From the NCBI GenBank assembly GCA_963664225.1, contig OY760937.1, positions 5,504,001 to 5,568,000 of the forward strand: a DNA stretch of 64,000 bases, in the 5' to 3' direction. Shown piece by piece: positions 21,009 to 30,570 of the stretch. The notes beneath the pieces were generated by a model. That model saw only the letters and a list, made by a program, of their open reading frames with translations, searched no databases and was not told where the DNA came from. This DNA comes from Verrucomicrobiia bacterium (GTDB lineage Bacteria > Verrucomicrobiota > Verrucomicrobiia > Limisphaerales > UBA1319). The translations under genes were made by a program, and so were the position numbers. Numbering within the stretch: the first letter of the stretch is position 1; every line of letters starts with the position of its first letter.

Positions 21009-22331
21009 TTATTGCGCCGCCTTCAACTCAAAATGATGGGTCTTGATTTTTCGAGAGGCATCAATTTGGGCTTCAAGGCCGACGATTTCCTGATCGAGCC
21101 TGGCCAGTTCGGCGGTGCGTCCAACTTCCGCGTTTTTGGCCCAATCCGGCAGCGAGTAAAGCTGCACATTGCGCCAGCGATTGAAGAAGACATCATTTTT
21201 CTTGAACACCAGTTTGAGGACTTCCTGGGACTGTGCCTTTATTGGTCCAGCCTGGTTGGAGAGATTCCATCCTTTGGCCAGATCGTCTGCTGTGGCCTTG
21301 CCGACGGCCTCGCCGTCAATGGACAATTCGTAGCTGCCAGATGCAAGCCCGCTGACGACGAGTTCATAACGGCTGAGTTCATCAAGGATTGGGGCCAATT
21401 TCAGGGCCGCTTCGGCGCGGGTATCAATCGGCATCGGCAGAGCCTCGTCGATGCGATCAAAACTGATCGAGCCGTTTTCTGATTTCAGGTTTTCAATGCG
21501 GCATTTTTCACTGGTAACGACCTTCTTTGCTGCGGCATCAATCGCGGCGCGTGAGACCAGCGCATCGGCCCCCAGGTCTTTCAGCACGGCCCAAGCCATG
21601 ATCGTGTGGCCTGCCGGTCCGGGATGGACGGCGTCGCCACCGCCAATGGTGGTAGTGGGATTCGCCGCGCGTTCGTGCATCATGATGGCCATGTAGGGAT
21701 CAAATTGATCGGCAAAAACGCCGCCCTGTTTTGAGGCGACTTCCTTGAGGCCATCGGAGAATTTGCGCAGCGACTGGTTGCGAACGTCCTTGTCCGGATC
21801 GGCGCGTTTCTCTTCGATGGGCTGAGTTGTGAGCAGTGCGACGCGCGCGCCGCTGTCTTTCAACACAGTGGTCAGTTGATTTTCGCTGCGGACATAGGCG
21901 CGGAAAATATCCTCCCGGAAGGGTTGATAGGCATGGTCGTTCATTGCGAAGTCAATCGTCACCACGGTCGGTTTGAGAGGCAACACGTCGCGTTCGAGTC
22001 CTTGCTTGACGGCGTTTTCCACCATTTTTTGCTGTTCCGCAGGTTCCGCCTTGAAGAGGGCGTTTTCATCCGTACGCGTCCGCTGGCGCAGCCAGGAGGT
22101 GTCTCCACCCCAACCAGTATTCCGGAATGTCAGTTTCCAATCCGGATGACGCGTCAGAGTGTAAGCCTCGATGTATGTGGAGTAGAGCTTCTGCTCCGTA
22201 ATGCTATCGCCCAGAAAGACGACGCGATCGTTATTGCGAATAATGAAGTCGCCTGCGAGTGCGCTGGACGCGAGCCCAACGACGGCGAGAAGTGCGGCTG
22301 CCAACCGATTAGGAGTCAATTTCATGGCCAA
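21009..22331 (-). CDS. Exported SGNH/GDSL hydrolase (carbohydrate esterase-like)
   Basis: Signal peptide; FLGDSITE (block I), GWGGDT, FAMND, DAVHP (block V). Confidence 0.88.
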   Translation of the reverse strand: MAMKLTPNRLAAALLAVVGLASSALAGDFIIRNNDRVVFLGDSITEQKLYSTYIEAYTLTRHPDWKLTFRNTGWGGDTSWLRQRTRTDENALFKAEPAEQQKMVENAVKQGLERDVLPLKPTVVTIDFAMNDHAYQPFREDIFRAYVRSENQLTTVLKDSGARVALLTTQPIEEKRADPDKDVRNQSLRKFSDGLKEVASKQGGVFADQFDPYMAIMMHERAANPTTTIGGGDAVHPGPAGHTIMAWAVLKDLGADALVSRAAIDAAAKKVVTSEKCRIENLKSENGSISFDRIDEALPMPIDTRAEAALKLAPILDELSRYELVVSGLASGSYELSIDGEAVGKATADDLAKGWNLSNQAGPIKAQSQEVLKLVFKKNDVFFNRWRNVQLYSLPDWAKNAEVGRTAELARLDQEIVGLEAQIDASRKIKTHHFELKAAQ

Positions 22332-22539
22332 TGAATAAGGAATCGTGCTGAAAAAAGCAAAGAGGAGTTTTCGGGCATCGAATTAAACGTTTCTTTTGTC
22401 CAGTCCGCTTATTCTGGTAGTCTGTCCAAATCGTAGGGGTTCAAATCGCAGCCACGGATTGGCGTTTCGCTGGCGCGCGTGGCAAGGGAATGGCACCGGC
22501 AGGATGCCCATGCCACATGAACATTGCCCTGACTTTAAA

Positions 22540-23394
22540 ATGAATTTTGCCGACAAGATATTCAAGGGATGGGCCAAGCCTGGTCCTGTGCCGCCGGGGG
22601 CCTTGGGCCAAGGTCCTGCATTGGGATCGGGTGAAACACTCGATGCCATCAGCGGGTATTACCGGTTGTTCCAATTAAGAAATGGGCATCGTTTTTCCAC
22701 CGATGACGTTCTCACGAGTTGGTATGGCACGACCTGGTGCCCCTGTGCCAGGCGCGTGCTGGATTTGGGGAGCGGCGTTGGAACCGTGGGCATGATGGCG
22801 GCGTGGCGATTGCAAGGGGCGCAGTTTGTCACGGTCGAAGCCCAGGAGGAAAGCGTCCGATTGGCGCGCAAATCGGCGCAATGGAATGGAATTGAGGACC
22901 GATATGAAATCCGGCAGGGCGATTTCCGGGATCCGCAGATCCTTCAGGCGGAGGAACGATTTGACCTGGTGCTGGGCAGTCCACCTTATTTTCCGTTGGG
23001 CAGCGGTGTGGTAGGGGACCATCCCCAAAAGGTGGCATGTCGTTTTGAGATGCGCGGAACGATTGCCGATTATTGCTCCGTCGCAGGCCAACATCTCGCA
23101 ACGGGAGGCTTTTTTGCCTGCGTATTCCCAATTGCGCCGGCATTCCAAGAACAACGTGTTCTGGAAGGGGCTCGTGCAGCAGGTCTGAGTGTTGTTCGTT
23201 GCCGACCCGTCGTGTTGCGGGAACCTGAGCGTCCATTGCTTGGATTATTTGGCATGATGCGCGCTGCGGACTTGCCGGAATCGATGCGCGCCAGAACCTG
23301 GACTGAACCGCCCTTGATCATTAGAGACCAGACCGGTTCCATTCATCCCGAGTATTCGGCGGTCAAACTTTCATTCGGTTTTCCGCCGGGTTAG
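22540..23394 (+). CDS. SAM-dependent methyltransferase, TrmN6/YfiC-like
   Basis: GHRFSTDD, VLDLGSGVG, SPPYF. Start set at ATG 22540. Confidence 0.8.
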   Translation: MNFADKIFKGWAKPGPVPPGALGQGPALGSGETLDAISGYYRLFQLRNGHRFSTDDVLTSWYGTTWCPCARRVLDLGSGVGTVGMMAAWRLQGAQFVTVEAQEESVRLARKSAQWNGIEDRYEIRQGDFRDPQILQAEERFDLVLGSPPYFPLGSGVVGDHPQKVACRFEMRGTIADYCSVAGQHLATGGFFACVFPIAPAFQEQRVLEGARAAGLSVVRCRPVVLREPERPLLGLFGMMRAADLPESMRARTWTEPPLIIRDQTGSIHPEYSAVKLSFGFPPG

Positions 23395-23445
23395 TCAATA
23401 AATGTTCCCTTGATTTGGTTAACAAATTGGATCCCCTGGCCCTGG

Positions 23446-24000
23446 CTACATGGTCAGCTTGGAGGGATCGGTCTTGATCAACTCCCATTTCTGCTCGTCA
23501 ATCTGGCCCTGGGGTGCAAGCACTACTTTCGCGCCGCCACCACTGGCCGCCACTGCAGTCAGCGCCATTCCTGATTCGACCTCGATAATCTGATAGAGTC
23601 CGTCAGGCAGTTTGGTGAATCTCCACGAGGGGCGTTCCCTGGTATTCCGAGAAAACGGCACTTGAACCACCGCTTGTTGCCCGCCATCGGTTTTGGATGC
23701 ATGTGAAAAAGTTTTGGAAGTAAAATGATTCTGAACCTGGAAAATCTGCTCGCCCACGGGATGGAGTTTCCAGGTGAGACATTTCCAGGTCTGTGCCGGG
23801 TAAAGAACAATGCGCGTGCCATCGGCACTGTTGGCGTCTTCCGGACGGAGCAAATCTCCGAACTTTTTGTTGCGGATCTGGAAGGATTCGGGCGTCGCAG
23901 GCTTCGACAGCGTGACACCAGTTCCTGAATCCTCTGCGGCCGCTCCAAGAGTGCCAGCCAGAAGTCCAAAAGAGATAATAAAGCAGATGAATCGATTCAT
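23446..24000 (-). CDS. Exported ricin-B (beta-trefoil) lectin-domain protein
   Basis: Signal peptide; QxW-like repeats (CLTW, PSW, EQKW) and YQIIEVESGMALT. Confidence 0.7.
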   Translation of the reverse strand: MNRFICFIISFGLLAGTLGAAAEDSGTGVTLSKPATPESFQIRNKKFGDLLRPEDANSADGTRIVLYPAQTWKCLTWKLHPVGEQIFQVQNHFTSKTFSHASKTDGGQQAVVQVPFSRNTRERPSWRFTKLPDGLYQIIEVESGMALTAVAASGGGAKVVLAPQGQIDEQKWELIKTDPSKLTM

Positions 24001-24231
24001 AAAACATCAGAATGGAACTTGTTTTGGCGGGATTGCCTCCAGCCTTCATTTCAACCCGATTGCTCGTGTCGTCATGGTTCTTTTCAACGGACGATCAAAA
24101 TCTTTGCGATCCCATTGAGTGCATTGTAGCACATTTCTTGTTCTTAGCCGAAACAAGTTAAGCAAAATCCGGGTCAGAGGGGGGCTTGAATCCTGATTGC
24201 ATCTGGCGGCTTGGATGGGCATTTTCAAGAC

Positions 24232-25209
24232 ATGAGTCATTTGGACAGGGCACGGGAAGTTTTTGATGTGGAGCTCGGCGCGCTCAAGTGCGTGCGGGAC
24301 CAGTTGGATGGCGCCTTCGATAAAGCAGTGGAGGCTATTCTGGCGTCGCTTCAACAGCGGGGCAAGGTGGTGGTTGCCGGGATTGGCAAGTCGGGTCATA
24401 TCGGCCGAAAAATCGCCGCAACCATGACGAGCACAGGCACCACCAGTGTGTTGCTGGATAGTGTGGACGCGCTGCATGGCGACCTGGGAATTCTCAACGA
24501 TGGGGATGTAATCCTGGCGCTGAGTTATTCCGGGGAGTCCGCAGAACTGGTGGATTTGCTGCCTGCTTTCAAAAAGTTCTCCGTGAAGATTGTCGCGCTG
24601 ACCGGGGCGCTAAAATCGACGCTCGCGAAGTCAAGTGATGTCGTAATCAACGTAAAAGTGCCCAAGGAGGCTTGCCCCTTCAATCTGGCACCCACCGCAA
24701 GCACCACCGCGATGCTCGCCATGGGAGATGCCCTTGCCATGACGATTTTGGAAGCGCGAGGTTTCAAAAGAAGTGATTTTGCTAAATTTCATCCCTCTGG
24801 CGCGATCGGTCATGCGCTGCTTTACAAGGTCAAGGACATCATGCGCACCGGCGCGCGGTATGCGATAGCGATGGAGTCGAAAACGGTGAAAGAGGCGCTA
24901 CTGTCGATGACCCAGGCTAAATGCGGCAGCGTGGTCGTTACTGACGCCAAAGGCAAACTGGCTGGTGTGTTCACGGATGGCGACTTCCGTCGGCACATCA
25001 CGGAAAACGAGGGGGTGCTTTCCGTAATCCTATCCAAAGTGATGACCCCCAATCCAATCAGCATTCGCGAAGACGCGCTGGCGATCGAGGTCCTAAAGAT
25101 CTTTCATGAGCGCAACATTGACGATCTCGTGGTGATCAACTCACGAAATGAACCTGTGGGGCTTGTGGATTCGCAGGATTTACCTAAATTCAAGATCGCA
25201 AACGCCTGA
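24232..25209 (+). CDS. kdsD: Arabinose-5-phosphate isomerase (KpsF/GutQ; SIS + 2 CBS)
   Basis: GIGKSGHIGRKIAAT, HGDLG, EACPFNLAPTAST, FHPSGAIG; two C-terminal CBS domains. Confidence 0.92.
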   Translation: MSHLDRAREVFDVELGALKCVRDQLDGAFDKAVEAILASLQQRGKVVVAGIGKSGHIGRKIAATMTSTGTTSVLLDSVDALHGDLGILNDGDVILALSYSGESAELVDLLPAFKKFSVKIVALTGALKSTLAKSSDVVINVKVPKEACPFNLAPTASTTAMLAMGDALAMTILEARGFKRSDFAKFHPSGAIGHALLYKVKDIMRTGARYAIAMESKTVKEALLSMTQAKCGSVVVTDAKGKLAGVFTDGDFRRHITENEGVLSVILSKVMTPNPISIREDALAIEVLKIFHERNIDDLVVINSRNEPVGLVDSQDLPKFKIANA

Positions 25210-25270
25210 GCGTTAACAACTAAAGAGACTTCAGGGCGCTTCTTTTCAAAAGTCGCGCCCGGCCTTTCGG

Positions 25271-26068
25271 TTATTTGAAAACCATCAGCAGAATGGCAAC
25301 TCCCAAGGCGATCCGGTACCAGCCAAAAGATTCGAAGGTGTGATGCTGGATGAACCGAAGGAGCCACTTTACCACGATGAAAGAGGTAATAAGGGACGCA
25401 ATGCTGGCAATAAGGATAAGTGTCCACGATTGCGACGCGCCATCCGGCGCCTTGAGGGCGCCATAAGCCTGAAGGGCACCTGCAGCCATCAGGGTTGGCA
25501 CCCCAAGCAAAAAAGAAAACTCGGCAGCCACCGGACGGGCCAATCCCATTGCCAGGGCGATTAAAATTGTAATACCTGACCGGGAGGTTCCGGGAAAGAC
25601 GGCGGCAATTAGTTGGGCCATGCCCATAAAGATCGCGATGGCCCAGGTGACTTGCAGGTCCATTTTGCGATTCTTGAGCCAGCGTTCGACTGCAATAAAC
25701 AGAATGCCGCCAATTAACGTGGCCCATGCGACAGGAACGGCTGATTCAGGCAGGCGAAAATGCATTTTTTTCAGGATGATGCCGCCAACCCCCGTGATGA
25801 AGAAGGCCGCAAACAGTTTCAGGAAAAACGATTGCACTTCGGGATCGCGCCATTGGAAGATGAGTTGTTTAACCCGGTCCTTGAAAATGAAGAGCACGGC
25901 CAGGACGGCGGCGCTCTGAATCACCACGTTGAAGACGTCGTTGAATATCTCGGGATGGCGGGGGAGGATTTGCTCGGCAATGAGTAGATGTCCGGTTGAC
26001 GAAACGGGCAGGAATTCCGTCACGCCTTCGATCACACCCAAGATAACTGCAATAATCCAATTTTGCAT
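25271..26068 (-). CDS. uppP: Undecaprenyl-diphosphate phosphatase (BacA)
   Basis: GVIEGVTEFLPVSSTGHL, PGTSRSGIT, AAEFSFLLG; polytopic membrane protein. Confidence 0.96.
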   Translation of the reverse strand: MQNWIIAVILGVIEGVTEFLPVSSTGHLLIAEQILPRHPEIFNDVFNVVIQSAAVLAVLFIFKDRVKQLIFQWRDPEVQSFFLKLFAAFFITGVGGIILKKMHFRLPESAVPVAWATLIGGILFIAVERWLKNRKMDLQVTWAIAIFMGMAQLIAAVFPGTSRSGITILIALAMGLARPVAAEFSFLLGVPTLMAAGALQAYGALKAPDGASQSWTLILIASIASLITSFIVVKWLLRFIQHHTFESFGWYRIALGVAILLMVFK

Positions 26069-26116
26069 ACCGGACGTTTAAATTGGAATATGACTGCCAA
26101 GGCAAGCGGCAAATCG

Positions 26117-26875
26117 TTATTTATTGCTTAGTGCCGCCGTATTCAGGGCGTCCACCTGGCAATGGAGGGCTTCGGCCATTTCTTTCCGGTCCAAACCGGG
26201 GGGCAGGGTGTTGCCGTAATTGATTGAAGCATGGATTTCACGTTTGGAGACGAGATTCAAGAAATGGGGGAAAAACGTCATATCACCCCAATAACAGATC
26301 TCGTTTTCCACTGATCCATCATCTATTTTGTAACCAACCCGGACTGCAGTCACAGGCCACCGATGCGCTTCAGCCGATTCCAGGAGTGAGGAGCGAAAGG
26401 GCAGCACTTGATGTCCATCAGTGCTTGTTCCCTCAAGGAAAAGGCCTAGAAGGACGCCGGTGGTCATAACAGGCTCGAATTCCACGGCCATGCGTTTGAC
26501 GTCGGATTTTTTCTGGCGATTAATGAACAATGTTCCGGCGCAACGGGTACACCAGCCGATCAAGGGCCAGGAGCGGACTTCTTTTTTTGCGAGGAAAATG
26601 ATGGGGGAATGGGCCGCAAGGATGGGTATGTCCAAGTAGCTGAGGTGGTTGGAAGCGATCAACCCGTTGACCGGCGGTTGACCGGAGCATTCATGGCGGA
26701 TGTTCAGGGCGGACAGGAGGCGTCGGGACCATTTTTGGAGCCAGAGGGCCCGCGCACGGTAGTCTTTCGATTTTCCCCGCAGTTCGATGAAGAAGAGGTC
26801 GTCAAGTAGGCACACGACGACAATGGAGAGGAAAAGACATAGGCGAAATGTAACGCGCAGCGGGTGCTTCATCAT
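26117..26875 (-). CDS. PlsC-family acyltransferase (lyso-ornithine lipid acyltransferase OlsA-like)
   Basis: NHLSYLD, AKKEVRSWPLIGW, GTLFINR, EGTSTDG, CYWGDMTF; directly downstream of an olsB-like gene. Confidence 0.8.
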   Translation of the reverse strand: MMKHPLRVTFRLCLFLSIVVVCLLDDLFFIELRGKSKDYRARALWLQKWSRRLLSALNIRHECSGQPPVNGLIASNHLSYLDIPILAAHSPIIFLAKKEVRSWPLIGWCTRCAGTLFINRQKKSDVKRMAVEFEPVMTTGVLLGLFLEGTSTDGHQVLPFRSSLLESAEAHRWPVTAVRVGYKIDDGSVENEICYWGDMTFFPHFLNLVSKREIHASINYGNTLPPGLDRKEMAEALHCQVDALNTAALSNK

Positions 26876-26889
26876 ATCTGCGCGCCTGA

Positions 26890-27696
26890 TTAGCTAAAGA
26901 AACGTTTAATGGTCAGCGGTGGAAGGGTATCCAAATCGTGGAGTGTCAGAAAATCGATGGTCTTGAATTCCCGATCGATGGCTGGAAAGCCGCAAATTTT
27001 TGCGCCCATGGAGAGGTACGCGGTCAATAGTCTGGGAATCTTGGGGGCTTTTACAGGGGGATGGTCCATCGGGCAGGCCACGGCCGGCAATGGATTGACG
27101 CGGTAGGGTTCCGCAGCGAGGTGATGTTTGCTCAGAACTGCGTAGGCCGCAGCACCTTCCGCAGGAATTTGAGATGTCAGGGAGCTGCATCCGACCAAAT
27201 AGTGTGCATCGCGGCTTTTGGCGTAGTCGGCGATGCCCCGCCACAGGTAGCCCAGAACGGCGAGGTTGCGATGCTGGATATCGACGCAAGCCCGGCCGAG
27301 TTCCACGGTTTCGTTTCGATAGGGTTCCAAAGGGGTCAGGTCGAATTCCTGGGAGCTGTAATATCCGAGTTTTTCCTTGGCCCTGGCCCCTGTTTGGAGG
27401 CGATAGGTGCCCACAATGATTCCTGAGGGGATTTCCTCAACGATGAGGTGGTCGCATACGGCGTCGAATGGGTCGGCATCCAAACCGGTGGCGAAAGACT
27501 GGGGGAGCCCTTCATTTAACTCGATGTTAAAGACATTGAAGCGAAGGCGTTGCGCGGCCTCGATATCCTCCCTGGAGCTGGCGAGGCGGACGGCGTATTT
27601 CGGTCGGGCTTCACCCCGCGAGAGGATTCGATCCCCAACGGGGTTTGGGGATGATTTGTCCCCGGACTCGTTTTTTGACTGTTCTGTCGGTTTCAA
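26890..27696 (-). CDS. GNAT-like N-acyl amino acid synthase (ornithine-acyl-ACP N-acyltransferase OlsB-like)
   Basis: AQRLRFNVF, DADPFDAVCDHLIV, VGTYRL, YYSSQEFD, ELGRACV, YLVGCSS, PAIDREFKTID. Confidence 0.82.
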   Translation of the reverse strand: MKPTEQSKNESGDKSSPNPVGDRILSRGEARPKYAVRLASSREDIEAAQRLRFNVFNIELNEGLPQSFATGLDADPFDAVCDHLIVEEIPSGIIVGTYRLQTGARAKEKLGYYSSQEFDLTPLEPYRNETVELGRACVDIQHRNLAVLGYLWRGIADYAKSRDAHYLVGCSSLTSQIPAEGAAAYAVLSKHHLAAEPYRVNPLPAVACPMDHPPVKAPKIPRLLTAYLSMGAKICGFPAIDREFKTIDFLTLHDLDTLPPLTIKRFFS

Positions 27697-27870
27697 TCGG
27701 TTCTGTTCGGTTTAGTGAAGGTAAATATGACAACGATACCCCGATCCCAAGCAAGTCTTTTCGCACAAGAATGCATTGAGGGGGGGAAATGGGGCAGGGG
27801 GCGGAGGAATGGACAAGGGATAATTGACAATGGACAATGGAGGGTCCCGTCCTAAAATAGGTTGTCACTA

Positions 27871-28248
27871 ATGAGACAACAAAACAGTGTTCGAAGGGTG
27901 GGGATACGGTACAGTGAGTCGTTTAAAATGGCTGTGGTTCGGGAGCTGGAAGAGGGCGAAATGTCCTTTGAGGCGATGCGGCGAAAGTACGGCATAAAGG
28001 GCACGGGCACCGTCCAAAAGTGGGCTCGCAAGTACGGCAGGGGCGATTTAGGAAAGGTCATACGCGTGGAAACACCTAAAGAATTCAATGAACGGGATCA
28101 AATGAAGAAGCGAATCAAGGCTTTGGAGAAAGCGTTGGCCGATGCGCACATCGATCTGGCGATCGAGCGTGCCACCATCCAAGTGGCCTGCGAACGGGCG
28201 GGGATTAAGGATGTGGCGGAGTTCAAAAAAAAAGTGGCTGGGAAATAG
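27871..28248 (+). CDS. IS3 transposase OrfA (HTH + coiled coil)
   Basis: RYSESFKMAVVRE...RKYGI...TVQKWARKYG helix-turn-helix followed by a leucine-zipper-like segment. Confidence 0.88.
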   Translation: MRQQNSVRRVGIRYSESFKMAVVRELEEGEMSFEAMRRKYGIKGTGTVQKWARKYGRGDLGKVIRVETPKEFNERDQMKKRIKALEKALADAHIDLAIERATIQVACERAGIKDVAEFKKKVAGK

Positions 28249-28250
28249 CC
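28225..28250 (+). promoter_or_regulatory. Programmed -1 ribosomal frameshift signal (A9G slippery run plus small hairpin)
   Basis: A9G at 28225-28234 near the orfA end. The -1 frame is open from here into orfB. Stem-loop ggctg-ggaaa-tagcc follows immediately. Confidence 0.75.
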
Positions 28251-28286
28251 CATTGTGCGGTCAGGGGAGGTTCGGCGGATCAGGAG

Positions 28287-29123
28287 GTGCCGGTCAAAGG
28301 GGTGTGTCGCCGACTGGGGATGAGCCGCCAGAACTTCTATGCGGGGCGCACGCGGCGGATGCGCAAGAAAGTGGAGGGCGACCTTGTGGCCGATTTAGTG
28401 CGTCAGGAGCGCAGGAAGCATCCACGGATCGGGGCGCGAAAGCTCCACAGGACGATCAAGCCAGCCCTGGAAAAGGCCGGAGTAAAAATGGGGCGGGACC
28501 GCCTGTTTGAAGAGTTGCGAGAGCGGGATTTGCTGGTGCCGCCGCTGCCCCGGCAATGGCCCCAGACAACCCATTACAATCCCAGTTTGCCGGTGTTTCA
28601 CAATGAGATCAAGGAACGGGAGGTGAAGCGGGCCAATGAGGTTTGGGTGGCGGATATGACCTATGTGCGGACCGACGAGGGTTTTTTATATGTGTCGCTG
28701 ATCACGGATAAGTATTCGCGCAAGATCGTGGGTTTCCATGCCGATGAGACGCTGGAAACCAGGGGGACGCTTGAGGCGTTGGAGATGGCGCTGGCGGCAC
28801 TGCCCAGGGGATTCAATCCGATCCATCATTCGGATCGTGGCTGTCAGTATGCCAGTCATGAGTATGTGGATCGGTTGAAGTTGGGCGGCCTGTCCATCAG
28901 CATGACGGAGGAGGATCATTGCGCGGAGAATGCGATGGCCGAACGGGTCAACGGCATCCTAAAGCAGGAGTATGGCATAGGGTATGGATTTAAGACCAAG
29001 GCGCTGGCGCGCAAAGTAATCAGTCAGGCTGTCAATCTCTACAATACGCGCCGATTGCATACGGCATTGAATTACCAGGTGCCCGAGGCCGTTCACATCC
29101 GGGGAACCGTCGAGTATAACTAA
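28287..29123 (+). CDS. IS3 transposase OrfB (rve/DDE integrase core)
   Basis: WVADMTY, DKYSRKIVG, IHHSDRGCQY, ENAMAERVNGILKQE, YNTRRLH. Confidence 0.95.
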   Translation: MPVKGVCRRLGMSRQNFYAGRTRRMRKKVEGDLVADLVRQERRKHPRIGARKLHRTIKPALEKAGVKMGRDRLFEELRERDLLVPPLPRQWPQTTHYNPSLPVFHNEIKEREVKRANEVWVADMTYVRTDEGFLYVSLITDKYSRKIVGFHADETLETRGTLEALEMALAALPRGFNPIHHSDRGCQYASHEYVDRLKLGGLSISMTEEDHCAENAMAERVNGILKQEYGIGYGFKTKALARKVISQAVNLYNTRRLHTALNYQVPEAVHIRGTVEYN

Positions 29124-29408
29124 GAAGCCATACCGGCCTGAGAGGGGAGGGTCCGCGCCACAGTGCCCCTTCGGGTCCACTACGGCATTGGCACTTCGTG
29201 CCAAAGCCTCCGTTCCCCCGAAGGGGCACTGCTCTCCTCCTGAAGGTGTGGGACAGTAGGAAGATTCCCTCCGACCGGAAACCGAAAGAAATAAGACTCA
29301 GGAAAAAGTGACAAATTTAAACCAGGACTTGACCCAATGAAATGGAAAAAGGAATTGACGCACGCCAACAAAAAGACCGTGCATGTAGAAGTATTCGAGA
29401 AGGAAAAG

Positions 29409-30570
29409 GAGAGCCTCATCCCGGCCTTCTCCATCTGGCGACGGAGAAGGAGGACTTTTTCGCGTTTTCTGGACGAATTGGGTGATTTGGAAAGTGCCGC
29501 CGCGTGGGGTTTGAGTGCGGGGGGATGGAACAAAAGCAAGTCAGGCCATGAGATGTGAGAAATGAATTGGATGTGATGCGGGCGGCGGGGTTGGGAGGAT
29601 CGGGCGGGGACGCCCGATGAACCCGCAGACGAGGAGGGGCCGCGATAATTGTTGCCGATCCAGTGCGCAGCCGCATGGGACGCCCCTACAGGGCTTTTGG
29701 TGATGGTGGGGACGGTTTACCTGGGCCTCCGCTCGCGGACTCGCTCCAGCCCAGGCTGATATATTTCGGCCCTACGGGCCTGGGAGGCATCGTTTGAATT
29801 TGAAGCAACGCTTACAGCGTAGGCGAATTCTGGGGGCGGGAACCCCGGGTGGCTCGTGCCTCGCGACCCGGGGCTGAGTGATGCAACCCGTTCCGGGTTG
29901 AGGACTGCGTGTGGACTTGAGTGTGCGGGGGGATGGAACAAAAGCAAGTTAGGCCACAAGATGTGAGAAATGAAATGGATGTGATGCGGGCGGCGGGGTT
30001 GTCACGGTCGACTTCGGGTGAATGAAAGAAAAAGAGAGCCTCATCCCGGCCTTCTCCATCTGGCGACGGAGAAGGAGGACTTTTTCGCGTTTTCTGGACG
30101 ATTGGGTGATTTGGAAAGTGCCGCCGCGCGGGGTTTGAGTGTGCGGGGGGATGGAACAAAAGCAAGTTAGGCCACGAGATGTGCGAAATGCATTGGATGT
30201 GATGCGGGTGGCGGGGTTGTCACGGTCGACTTGGGGTGAATGAAAGAAAAAGAGAGCCTCATCCCGGCCTTCTCCATCTGGCGACGGAGAAGGAGGACTT
30301 TTTCGCGTTTTCTGGACGATTGGGTGATATGGAAAGTGCCGCCGCGTGGGGTTTGAGTGCGGGGGGATGGAACAAAAGCAAGTTAGGCCACGAGATGTGC
30401 GAAATGCATTGGATGTGATGCGGGCGGCGGGGTTGTCACGGTCGACTTGGGGTGAATGAAAGAAAAAGAGAGCCTCATCCCGGCCTTCTCCATCTGGCGA
30501 CGGAGAAGGAGGACTTTTTCGCGTTTTCTGGACGATTGGGTGATATGGAAAGTGCCGCCGCGCGGGGTTG
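29409..30570. repeat. Array of ~217-bp direct repeats, each containing a REP-like hairpin
   Basis: Unit beginning gagagcctcatcccggccttctccatctggcgacggagaaggagg starts at 29409, 30034, 30252 and 30468 (periods 218 and 216 in the tandem part). A 3' half copy lies at ~29917-30033. Confidence 0.9.
29681..29900. repeat. Cluster of REP-like palindromes
   Basis: Hairpins gccc-ctaca-gggc (~29682), cctgggc...gcccagg (29720-29755), ggccc-tac-gggcc (29768-29780), ccccgggt...acccgggg (29843-29873), caacccg-ttc-cgggttg (29884-29900). Confidence 0.7.

Larger units (their letters stand above)
27842..29335 (+). mobile_element. IS3-family insertion sequence (~1.49 kb)
   Basis: Imperfect terminal IRs: gggtcccgtcctaaaataggttgtcact (27842-27869) versus agtgacaaatttaaaccaggacttgaccc (ending 29335). 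Contains orfA and orfB in -1 phase. Confidence 0.9.

Noticed and set aside
29409..30570. CRISPR array
   Set aside because: The sequences between hairpins are near-identical rather than unique spacers, the period (~217 bp) is too long, and no cas genes are present.
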